A stretch of DNA of 64,000 nucleotides, taken from assembly GCF_009914755.1 (NCBI RefSeq), contig NC_060934.1; one strand, given 5' to 3'. A program made the position numbers and the translations under genes. This document shows, in pieces, positions 50,193-64,000 of the stretch; positions within the stretch are counted from its first letter, which is position 1; every line of letters begins with the position of its first letter. This DNA comes from the human T2T-CHM13v2.0 reference genome, Homo sapiens. The notes under the pieces are model-generated. The model did no database searches. It saw only the letters and a program-made list of their open reading frames with translations, and had not been told where the DNA came from.

Positions 50193-50492
50193 GGCCGGGC
50201 GCGGTGGCTCACGCCTGTAATCCCAGCACTTTGGGAGGCCGAGGCGGGCGGATCACGAGGTCAGGAGATCGAGACCATCCTGGCTAACACGGTGAAACCC
50301 CGTCTCTACTAAAAATACAAAAAATTAGCCGGGCGTGGTGGCGGGCGCCTGTAGCCCCAGCTACTCGGGAGGCTGAGGCAGGAGAATGGCGTGAACCTAC
50401 CTGGGAGGCGGAGTTTGCAATGAGCCGAGATAGCGCCACTGCACTCCAGCCTGGGCGACAGAGCGAGACTGTTTCAAAAAAAAAAAAAAGAA
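50193..50492 (+). mobile_element. Near-consensus CpG-rich AluY abutting the SEC61A2 CpG island
   Basis: Left arm essentially identical to the AluY consensus with CpGs intact; 4-nt duplication gaacctacctggg. Confidence 0.9.
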
Positions 50493-50833
50493 GGAAGCAA
50501 AATACGATTGGTTCGGTCCCGTCCGCTCTCAGCGGCTCAGTCCCAGGCCTCGGGGCCAGAACCGTGTTCCCCGCGCTACTTGGGCGGCGCCGAGATCGCG
50601 GCCTCCCCGAAGGGTGCCCAGGAGGCCTGGGTCGGACGTGGGGCGCGAGGAAACGGCGGGTTTTCCACACTGAGCCGCGAAAGCCTGTAGACGACGAAGA
50701 ACCCCGCAGCCTTGGCCTCTGCGCGGCTTCCACGCCCCACGGCTGCCCGCCCGAGCCCTGCCCCCAGGCGCGCCAGCCCCGCCTCCCGGGTCCCGGGTCC
50801 TGGGACCGGGCCCGCCCTGCCCCGGCGCCCGTG

Positions 50834-50847
50834 GTCACCATGGCAAC
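50834..50847. promoter_or_regulatory. RFX X-box motif GTCACC-AT-GGCAAC
   Basis: Matches the X-box consensus GTNRCC(N0-3)RGYAAC; 12/14 identical to the palindrome GTTGCCATGGCAAC; ~220 nt upstream of the ATG. Confidence 0.7.
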
Positions 50848-51065
50848 GCAGCGGACGTCGGCCAACGGCCCGCCCTGGGGGCGGGGCTGGGCCGGTCGGG
50901 CGCGCGGGTCAGGTGGCGAAGGGCGGAGTCTGCGCGGGGTTGGGCGGAGCCTGCGCGGGGCCGGTAGGATCGCGTCGGGAGCCGGTACCGAGGCCCGAGC
51001 CGCGGGAGTCGAGCGAAGACAGCGCCGAGGCCGCGGTTTCCCCCTGGGCCTCCCCAGCAGCAGCC

Positions 51066-51072
51066 ATGGGCA
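51066..51072 (+). CDS. SEC61A2: SEC61A2 exon 1 coding part (ATG GGC A)
   Basis: Kozak gccATGG followed by donor A|gtgagt; joins exon 2 to give [12 protein letters not shown], the Sec61 alpha-2 N-terminus (SEC61A1 begins MAIK). Confidence 0.93.
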
Positions 51073-52029
51073 GTGAGTAGCGGCGGCTGGAGCGGGGACT
51101 CTGGCTGGGAACGCAGGCCCCGCCTGGGCTGCGGGCGGTGGGGCTGGCGCTCGCTCGGAGTCGTGGGGGCCAGGGATGCGCGGGCCGCTCCGGGCCTCAG
51201 CGGAGGGCACGGGCCGGGGGCCTCCGCCGAGGCTCCCCTAGCCGTGCGAGGCCTTGCCCGGCGGGTACCGGGACCCGGAGGCCCGGGGTTTGCGTTTGAT
51301 AGAGGGCGAGGATGGCGCTGGGAGGCCATTGGTTTTGGGGGCGGGGAGTTAGGGCACCGGGTGAACCTGGACCACTTTTTAATTTTTCAGGAGTTAAAGA
51401 AATCCCGTGTTTTTATTCCCTCGTCATCTTTCCTTGGCATGTTGCATTGAAGAAAGCTCCCCTAACTCGTTTAATTTTAAAAAAAGTGATGCATGGCGTG
51501 TGTTTTAGGGAGGAAAGGAGTGTGCATTGGTAACAGCGTTTTCCTTAAACTGTTCATTCTGTAGCGTTTACTGAAAACTGTAAGGTTTTATAAGCCTTAG
51601 GGACAAGGCCTTATGTTATAGGAATGTTTTTCAGGGCCCTCCCCGTAACACTCAACCCCACATATGTGCACGTAGCTACTTGCATAGCTGTGAAGATGTT
51701 CGTTGGATGATGGGTCGTGCATACCCAAGCAGGGCACCCATTGGCCAACTAGTGGACATTTGGGGGAAATTAGAAAGGAGTAGGAGAGACCCGTGGTAAA
51801 ATTTTGCATCACAAGGATAGACAGGGGGCAGCCAAAAGCTTTGCTTGAACATGAATACCCCTTACAGATGATCATAAAGTGTCAAGAAATCTGAGAGTGG
51901 CTTGGATTGAGGTGGAGAGGAAAAGGGATGGAGAGGTTCTAGGAAGCCTCCTGATGTGATTGATACTTGTTTCGCGTTAGCAATGAATGCTTTCATAATT
52001 CAGATTTACTTTCCAGAAAATCCAAAATA

Positions 52030-52102
52030 TTAGGTTGCTGCAAAAGTAATTGCAGTTTTCAATTACTTCTCAAAAACCGCAGTTACTTTTGCACCAACCT
52101 AA
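52030..52102. mobile_element. MADE1 mariner-derived MITE (palindromic)
   Basis: ttaggttgctgcaaaagtaattgc ... gcagttacttttgcaccaacctaa inverted repeats flanked by TA dinucleotides (52028-29, 52103-04). Confidence 0.93.
52038..52094 (-). ncRNA. MIR548AK: miR-548-family hairpin (MIR548AK) derived from the MADE1
   Basis: Minus strand GTGCAAAAGTAACTGCGGTTTTTGAGAAGTAATTGAAAACTGCAATTACTTTTGCAG (57 nt); the 5' arm AAAAGUAACUGCGGUUUUUGA and the SEC61A2 intron 1 position agree with my recollection of mir-548ak. Confidence 0.75.
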
Positions 52103-52155
52103 TAGTACTTGGGTAACAAACATCTGCCCATGACAATTAGTTAATCCTTCTGTCA

Positions 52156-52546
<391 letters not shown>

Positions 52547-52958
52547 TCACTCACGTCAGCTTTAAGACAATTTTGGGATGTTGGTATATAGAATCCAGTG
52601 TCTGTAGGGGAAGAAAAGCCGCAGAGCCTAACTAATACCTAGCTGCGGCTTGTCTTTCTCCACATTGCAGACCCTTTGGCAAAGGACAGAAGCTTGAGAG
52701 ATTGTCATTTTCACCCTCCAGTTCTCTGGCAGGACTTGACTTAAGCCGTGCCAGAAGACAGTGTCTATCCTTAAAGAACCTTGATTTATCTTACCTTTAT
52801 ATGTTATAAGAGTAGTCTGGGAAAACAATACTTTCTGATGAAATGTAATTGTTAATTCTCTGGGTTGATTATTTTACACAAGTAAGTACTTTTCTATTAC
52901 CTGGGAGAGTAACTAGGCAATGAAATGTGGTCTGATGAAATCAAACAGAGATTACATA

Positions 52959-52993
<35 letters not shown>

Positions 52994-52994
52994 A

Positions 52995-53195
<201 letters not shown>

Positions 53196-53362
53196 TAGAT
53201 CTCCTGACCTCGTGATCTGCCCACCTCGGCCTCCCAAAGTGCTGGGATTACAGGCGTGAGCCACCGCGCATGGCCTACATACTTTAAAAAGGTAACTACA
53301 GGGGCTGGGTACTGCTCACGCCTGTAATCCCAGCACTTTGGGAGGCCGAGACGGGCGGATCA

Positions 53363-53599
<237 letters not shown>

Positions 53600-53606
53600 T
53601 TAACTA

Positions 53607-53912
<306 letters not shown>

Positions 53913-54126
53913 CTATAGGAGGTGATTCCATGATTTTTTTGTCACCTATGCATTTCGGCATCTTTCAGTTGTTTAAGGCAGTTCTCTACAGAAGAGCCCA
54001 TTTGCCGTTGTGCTTCCTGAGTGCAGAAGGCACCCTCCTGTCTTCCTCCTCTGATACCTGCTTTCTTCTGTCATGCATTGTCTCACGGGTACCACGGTAG
54101 AGTACATTTGCTCCCTTTTGACGTCG

Positions 54127-54263
54127 TGATGCCCTTTGAACAGCCCCCTTTTTGTATATGTAAAATGATTGGATACAAGTGTGAGGAAGAAAGTATGATG
54201 CCCTTTGAACAGCCCCCTTTTTGTATATGTAAAATGATTGGATACAAGTGTGAGGAAGAAAGT
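54127..54263. repeat. Perfect 68-bp direct tandem duplication (period 69)
   Basis: tgatgccctttgaacag...gaggaagaaagt at 54127-54194 and 54196-54263, identical. Confidence 0.97.
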
Positions 54264-54517
54264 TCTGGAAAAAGGTTGCTTGGATTGCTTCACTTCTACT
54301 GACCAGCCATCAAACCATTTGGACTTCTTTGTCCCTGGAATGATATCTCTTCCTTTACATATCATTTGAAATGGAGAACAGTATGATGATTTAATTTGGG
54401 GCTTAAGGGTGGGGTGAATTGCTGGTGAAAGAGAATCTTTGTATTTGATTTTCTAGAAAGACAGATCTTTTTTTAACTTCATAATAATAGGAACATTTAT
54501 TATTTTTCTTTTTACAG

Positions 54518-54585
54518 TCAAATTTTTAGAAGTTATCAAACCATTCTGTGCAGTTCTACCAGAAATTCAGAAACCGGAAAGGAAA
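54518..54585 (+). CDS. SEC61A2: SEC61A2 exon 2 (68 nt)
   Basis: tacag|TCAAAT ... AAA|gtaagt; (I)[22 protein letters not shown]. Confidence 0.96.
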
Positions 54586-55181
54586 GTAAGTATAATATTT
54601 TAGTAATATAGAGGGTAGCTCAAGGGCTTGTTCTATGAAACCAGCAAAATTCATTTCCTTACCTCAGTCCTTCTCTGTTGGTAATTGGAAAACTATTGGT
54701 GTTCATCCTCCTTGCAAGAGGCACAAAGTGAATAAAAATAATATAAATCTGTTTAAATCTAGATAGGTTAACTCATGCTTTCAAAAATGACTGTTCTTTA
54801 AGTTGTGACATTTCCAAATTAAGTGTTTCTTCGGCCTATGTGTTAGTTAAGACAGGTTATTCTCCTGTCTGTAGTGATCCTTTATAAATCCTGTAGTATT
54901 GGGTGTGTATTGTGTTTGCTAATGATGTCACCTACTGGACTAGAAATAACCCAGTCTGCTCGATAGGTTTTGATGAGTACAGCTGTTTTATGTAAATGAA
55001 TTGCATTTGCACAAATATATACCTCCCATTTCTTGATTCATTCGTTGGAAAGAAAAATGACAGGAATGCATTCAGAAGATATTGTGACTGGGTCAAATCG
55101 TTCTTCCATCATTGCAAACTTTCAGAGTTCAGGTATTTAAATTCTGGAAATATTGTTAATCCTAGATTGGCCAATTTCTAG

Positions 55182-55520
<339 letters not shown>

Positions 55521-56329
55521 TGATCTGCCCGCCTCAGCCTCCCAAAGTGCTGGGATTACAGGCGTGAGCCACCGCGCCCGGCTAGAAGTATTTTATTGCT
55601 TTGAGATTGTAAAAATAGTTGTTCCATTAACATTTAAGGCATCCTGAGAAACCCTGGCTTTGCAGTCTATAAAATATTCATATGGCACTGTCACCAGCAG
55701 GCCCACCTTCGCACAGTGCAGTGTTCACCGAATCGCGTGCACATTGGATCCCTGTTTTGCTTTGGCTCCTTTTCAGTTTCATTTAACACCGTACAATGCA
55801 GATGAGAACTGCCTGTATTTAAGTTACCTTTTTTATGAAAAGTAAAGAAACTTATATTTAGGAAGTTCAGCTGTTTGTTGTAGCTGCTACTGAGGTGAAA
55901 GGGACATTAGAAAACAATCTAGGCCCGGCACAGTGACTCACACCTGTAATCCCAGCACTTTGGGAGGCTGAGGCAGGTGCTCAAGAGATGGGGACCATCC
56001 TTGCCAACATGGTGAAGCCCCGACTCTACTAAAAATACAAAAAAATTAGCTGGGCGTGGTGGCGTGCGCCTGTAGTCCCAGCTTCTCGGGAGGCTGAGGC
56101 AGGAGAATCGCTTGAACCTGGGGTGGTAGAGGTTGCAGTGAGCCGAGACTGCGCCACTGCGCTGCAGCCTGGGCAACAGGGTGAGACTCTGTCTCAAAAA
56201 AAAAAAAAAGAAAAAAAGTCTACCTAGGATAGTACTTCAAAAAGGGGCATTTAAGAGTGAATAATAGGATGTCACGATGGGGAACTTTAGTTACGTTTTT
56301 GTGTGGATTTGTGCTTTAAATTTGCTGTT

Positions 56330-56620
56330 TCGAAAACCAAACACCACATGTTCTCACTCGTAAATGGGAGCTGAATAGTGAGAACACGTGGATACAGGGA
56401 GGGGGAACATCACACAGGGGCCTGTGGGGGTAGGGGGAAAGGGGAGGGAGAGCATTAGGACAAATACTAATGCATGCGGGGCTTAAAACCTAGACGACAA
56501 GTTGATAGGTGCAGCAAACCACCATGGCATATGTCTGCCTATGTAACAAACCGGCACGTTCAGCACATGTATCCTAGAACTTAAAGTAAAATTTAAAACA
56601 ATAATAATAAAATAAAAATA
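56330..56620 (+). mobile_element. L1PA 3'-end fragment
   Basis: aaaaccaaacaccacatgttctcactc...gcagcaaaccaccatggc...cctagaacttaaagtaaaa plus A-rich tail. Confidence 0.9.
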
Positions 56621-56734
56621 TTTAAGGTAAAAATTTTGAAGTAAAAGAGAAACTGAAAAATCTAGATTTGAAAATTCTTTCCTCAGTAAAAGTAGCTTTA
56701 AAAAAATATAAGCTTAATTTTTTAGAACATATTT

Positions 56735-57140
56735 CTCTTTTTAAATTTGTATAAATATAAGTAGCACAAATGCAGTTTTGTTACATGAATGTATTATGTA
56801 GTGGTGAAGTCTGGGCTTTGAGTGTATCCATCACCCAGATAACGTTCATTGTACCCATTAAGTAATTTCTCATCATCCATCTTTTCCTGCCACCCCTGTA
56901 CCCTTCGGAGACTCCACTTCTGTCATTCCATATTCTATGTCCATGTGTACACATTGTTTAGCTCCTACTTTTAAGTGAGAGACCACAGTGTTTGACTTTC
57001 CACTTCTGAGTTGTTTCACTTAAGATAACCTCCTCCAGTTCGTTCCATCCAGGTTGCTGCAAGGGACATGGTTTCATTCTTTTCATGGCTCGGAAGTATT
57101 TCATTATTTATATACAGCATATCTTCTTTATCCAGTCATC
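56735..57140 (-). mobile_element. L1MA/PB antisense fragment
   Basis: gcagttttgttacatg...tttagctcctact...gtttcacttaagataa...ccatcc...gttgctgc. Confidence 0.8.
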
Positions 57141-57381
57141 AAGAAGCATCTGTGCATGTGTGTCTGTATATATGTGTGCGTGTGTGTATATGTATGAGAG
57201 AGAAAAAAATGTTTGTAAAACTTTGTACCTAATAAACAAAAATGCTTCCTTTATAACACATAACGGACATTCCCAATTTCTGTGAATTAGGCCCCAAAGA
57301 ATAACCTCAAAACTCTGCTGCCCCCCAAAAATTTGCTGTTTCTTGGTTTTGATTGATGATTCTTTACATTTTGTTGTACAG

Positions 57382-57447
57382 ATCCAGTTTAGAGAGAAGG
57401 TTCTGTGGACTGCTATAACGCTCTTCATTTTCTTAGTGTGTTGTCAG
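57382..57447 (+). CDS. SEC61A2: SEC61A2 exon 3 (66 nt), first transmembrane segment; gene continues beyond the window
   Basis: tacag|ATCCAG ... CAG|gtatgt; [22 protein letters not shown], SecY/Sec61-alpha TM1. Confidence 0.96.
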
Positions 57448-57856
57448 GTATGTAACTATACTATTAAATAAATGTCTGCACCATTGTTCTAAGGTTTTGA
57501 TTGGTTAGAATTTGAGAATTTTTTTTGTTAAAATAAAGAATACATTGAGCTCAATATATTGAGCATTATTATCCTTTTTATTTTTTATTATTAATTTTTT
57601 TTTGAGATGGAGTCTCGCTCTGTTGCCCAAGCTGGATGCAGGGGCATGATCTCGGCTCACCGCAACCTCTGCCTCCTGGGTTCAAGTGATTCTTCTTCCT
57701 TGGCCTCCCAAGTAGCTGGGACTACAGGTTCCTACTACCATGCCCAGCTAAAGTCTCGCTCTGTTGCCCAAGCTGGATGCAGGGGCATGATCTCAGCTCA
57801 CTGCAACCTCTGCCTCCTGGGTTCAAGTGACTCTTCTTCCTTGGGCTCCCAAGTAG

Positions 57857-58279
<423 letters not shown>

Positions 58280-59074
58280 TGATCTACCTGCCTCAGCCTC
58301 CCAAATTGCTGGGATTACAGGCGTGAGCCACCACACCCTTTTTTATCTGGCAATTTTTTGTTTTTAAATAGAGACGGGGTCTATGTTGCCCAGGCTGGTC
58401 TCCAGCTCCTAGGCTCAGGTGATGCTCCTGCCTCAGCCTCCCTAGTAGGTAGGACTGCAGGTGTGCCCCACCATGTCTGGCTAATTTTTCAATTCTTTTG
58501 CAGGGAAAGGGTCAAGCTAAAACCAAATTTTTGCAATCTTGGGTTGTGCTGTGTTTAAAAATTACTAAAATTTGATGATAGTGTTTTTTTGGTTTTTGTT
58601 TTTTGGTTTTTTTTTGAGACAGGGTCTCACTCTGTCACCCAGGCTGCAGTGATCACTTCAGCCTTGACTTCCCCAAGCCCGGGTGATCTTCCCACCTCAG
58701 CCTTCTGACTAGCTGGGACTACAGGCACGAGCCACTACACCCAGTTAATTTCTTTTGGTATTGTAGAGATGAGGTTTTGCCATGTTGCCCAGGCTGGTCT
58801 CGAATTCCTGGGCTCAAGCCATCCATCTACCTGTATCTCCCACAGGGCTGGGATTACATGCCTGAGCCACCACACCCAGCCCAATGATACTTTCAAATAA
58901 AATGTTGCAGACATATTAAGTTCACAGTGTGAGTATAAAATGTGGCCTGCCTATGTTTTAGGGTTATTGTAAAGATTAAATAAGATAATTTAGGTCAAGG
59001 TGGCTGGGCATGGTGGCTCATGCCTGTAATCCCAGCACTTTGGCAGGCCAAAGTGGGAGGATTACTTGACGTCA

Positions 59075-59329
<255 letters not shown>

Positions 59330-59659
59330 TTAGGTCAAGGTTTTTTGGGGAGTTCGAAAATCTATTGAAATACTTGTAAGAACTTTTAAAAAATTATATT
59401 AGGAAGCAGTAGAACAGATTAGGTACATAATCTGGAGAAAACCTAACTATATTTTCTTTCTGAAGGATGAAATGATCTGATAATTAAAGTACTTTTACTA
59501 CTGTACTTGTTTTAAATTTGTTTTAAATGGTCAGGGAGAGAAGTTTAAAGAAACAAAGAAAAATACAAAGAAAAAAAAGAATAGTCATCCATATTTCTAC
59601 CATTGACTTTCAGCATCTTAGAAACTCCTCTCCCCACCATTAAAAAAAAAGTCAACCTT

Positions 59660-60640
<981 letters not shown>

Positions 60641-60873
60641 ATCTTGCCAGGCGCAGTGGCTCACGCCTGTAATCCCAGCACTTTGGGAGGCTGAGGCGGG
60701 TGAATCACCTGAGGTTGGGAGTTTGAGACCAGCCTGACCAACATGGAGAAACCCCGTCTCTACTAAAAGTACAAAATTGAGCTGGGCGCGGTAGCTCACA
60801 CCTATAATCCCAGCACTTTGGGAGGCCAACGCAGGCGGATCACGAGGTCAGGAGATCGAGACCATCCTGGCTA

Positions 60874-61706
<833 letters not shown>

Positions 61707-61737
61707 CTATGGAATTTACTAAGTGAAATAAAATTAG

Positions 61738-62395
<658 letters not shown>

Positions 62396-62999
62396 TGAAC
62401 TCCTAGCCTCAAGTGATGTGCCCACGTTGGACTCCCAAGATACTGGTGTTACAGGCCTGAGCCATCGTGCCTGGCCCTCACCTCTCACTTTAAATGAAGA
62501 GTGTCTACAGCTGCCAGGTGCACATAAAATATCCATGTTTCATGCTTTACCAGTTTTATTACCCAGCTGATAAATTCAGACTTTCAGGGAGGTTTAGGTT
62601 GACCAGGTGAGTTGTTTAAAATTGCTGCCAGCATCTTTTGTAACTTTCTTAAAAATCAGTTTCATATAGAGAAGGTTTTTGAAATGTCTTTGTCTAATCC
62701 CCACATGGTTAAGGAGGGGTTAAGGCCAAGTGCTGTATCCTAAATATGGGTTATATAATAGGAAGCAATCTGAACTTAAGTTGTTTTTTGTTGTTGTTTT
62801 AATGAAAAGTTAATGTCCTCATTATGGAAAATTTGATACATATGAAAAGAATACAGAAGAAAAAGTCAACCATAATCCCACCATCTACAGATAATTGCTG
62901 TTTAGGATTTAAAAAGATATCTCCTCCTAGTTTGATTTTCTGTGCATCTATTTACAGTGTCATAGTTTATATATACACTTTCGTACTTCGTTTTTATAC

Positions 63000-63660
63000 T
63001 AGGGCTTCTTAACAGTCGCACTCCTGAATTTGAGGTAGGATGATTCCTTGCCCCAGGGGTCTGTCCTGTGTATTTCAGGATGTTCAGCAGCACTCTGGCC
63101 TCTACTAGCCATCACCCCCTGTTCTGTGAAAGGGCCGTATATGCAAAATGACCCGCAAACACTGAAGGAGCTGCGAAACCAATGAATGAGGGAGACAAAT
63201 CCAGTTTGTCAGTAGAGGGTGATTTTACAGACAGAAGCATAGTTTGGGGCAGCAGTAAGACAGGGAAAGGCCTGCATTCTTACTCCCAGACCCAGGGCTA
63301 ATCTATCATAGGGAAGGGGTGTATGTGCTTTGTGCAGGACAGTTGAAGGCAGCTTTCCAGAACATGCAAGAATGCTGTGTGTCACAGCCTGTTATTTGTG
63401 TAATAGCATCAACGTTGCTTGGATCTCAGGGCAGGATTTATGGCGAGTACATGTTCTTACACTAAGGACTGTAAATAAAGCAGGAATCAGGAGGTATCCC
63501 TGAGACCAGGGTTGAGCAGAAGTCAACATGGTAGATTAGCATCCAAGATGGAGTCACTTTGGTCTCCACCTTGGCCCCTAGTTGTGGCAACCAAAAATGT
63601 CTCTAGATATTGCCAAATGTCTTGGGTGGGGGCTAAAATCACCCCTAGTTTAGAACTGCT
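63000..63660 (+). mobile_element. MER20 split by a minus-strand ERV LTR (~63125-63570; LTR47-like, tentative)
   Basis: MER20 halves ctgtcctgtg..aggatgttcagcagcac.ctggcctctac and gttgtggcaaccaaaaatgtctc..gccaaatgtc; insert ends catccaagatggagtcactttggtctcca. Confidence 0.65.
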
Positions 63661-64000
63661 ATTTTATATTTAGTTTTATGACATAAGTACTTCTTCCATG
63701 TTATTACAGATTGAGTAAGCATAATTTTTAGTGGCCATGTAATATTCCATTGTGGATATCATCTTCAGTCTTACATTGAGAAGAGTGACCTTGGCTGTCT
63801 TTAGTATATAGAGCTTTGCAAAATCATTCTACGACCAGGCAGGTATAATATTCCATAATCTACTGGTGGGAGTGTTTTTTAAATTGTGGTAAAAGTATAG
63901 AAAATATGCCATCTTCATCATTTTTAGATGTGCAGTTTAGTAACATTAGGAATGTTCACATTGTTGTACCACCACACTCCATAAGCGATGTATTTACTAG

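Larger units (their letters stand above)
50500..51370. promoter_or_regulatory. CpG island / SEC61A2 promoter and exon 1
   Basis: Very GC- and CpG-rich; GC boxes GGGGCGGGGC (~50878) and GGGCGGAG (50921, 50942); contains the SEC61A2 start codon. Confidence 0.92.

Noticed and set aside
50284-51450. 308-aa (-), 218-aa (+) and other overlapping ORFs at the CpG island
   Set aside because: Stop-codon scarcity in GC-rich DNA plus Alu sequence; low-complexity P/R/G/A composition and no recognisable domain
54127-54263. CRISPR-like or other repeat-spacer array
   Set aside because: Only two adjacent copies, no spacers, eukaryotic intron context; no such array anywhere in the window
54195-54302. Possible C/D-box snoRNA (ATGATG ... 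CTGA)
   Set aside because: C box is imperfect (ATGATGC), no terminal stem seen, no recognisable rRNA guide; explained by the tandem duplication

Overview
Human (great-ape-type) genomic DNA, recognisable as the chr10p14 DHTKD1-SEC61A2 locus. The + strand carries coding exons 2-17 of DHTKD1 (2-oxoadipate dehydrogenase E1). All of these exons have GT-AG boundaries and join in one frame to a stop at 42156-42158, followed by a ~2.3 kb 3'UTR with AATAAA at 44466. After a ~6 kb spacer come the CpG-island promoter and coding exons 1-3 of SEC61A2. About 100 Alu copies or fragments (counted by eye, roughly 40-45% of the window) account for nearly all the short ORFs in the track. Also present are L1, L2, MIR, MER and LTR relics, a 3'-truncated U6 retrocopy and a MADE1 hairpin matching MIR548AK. 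I see no new multi-gene system. The most interesting sequence-level observations are: (1) an Alu target-site duplication that copied the DHTKD1 exon 9 splice donor 321 nt downstream, a candidate poison-splicing/NMD switch; (2) a ~28-nt patch inside an AluY apparently templated from a site 2 kb away; (3) a consensus RFX X-box in the SEC61A2 promoter; (4) a chimeric old/AluYa5-like Alu; (5) a TSD-flanked Alu fragment with a G20-rich end instead of poly(A). Repeat subfamily names come from memory of consensus sequences, and repeat boundaries are approximate.
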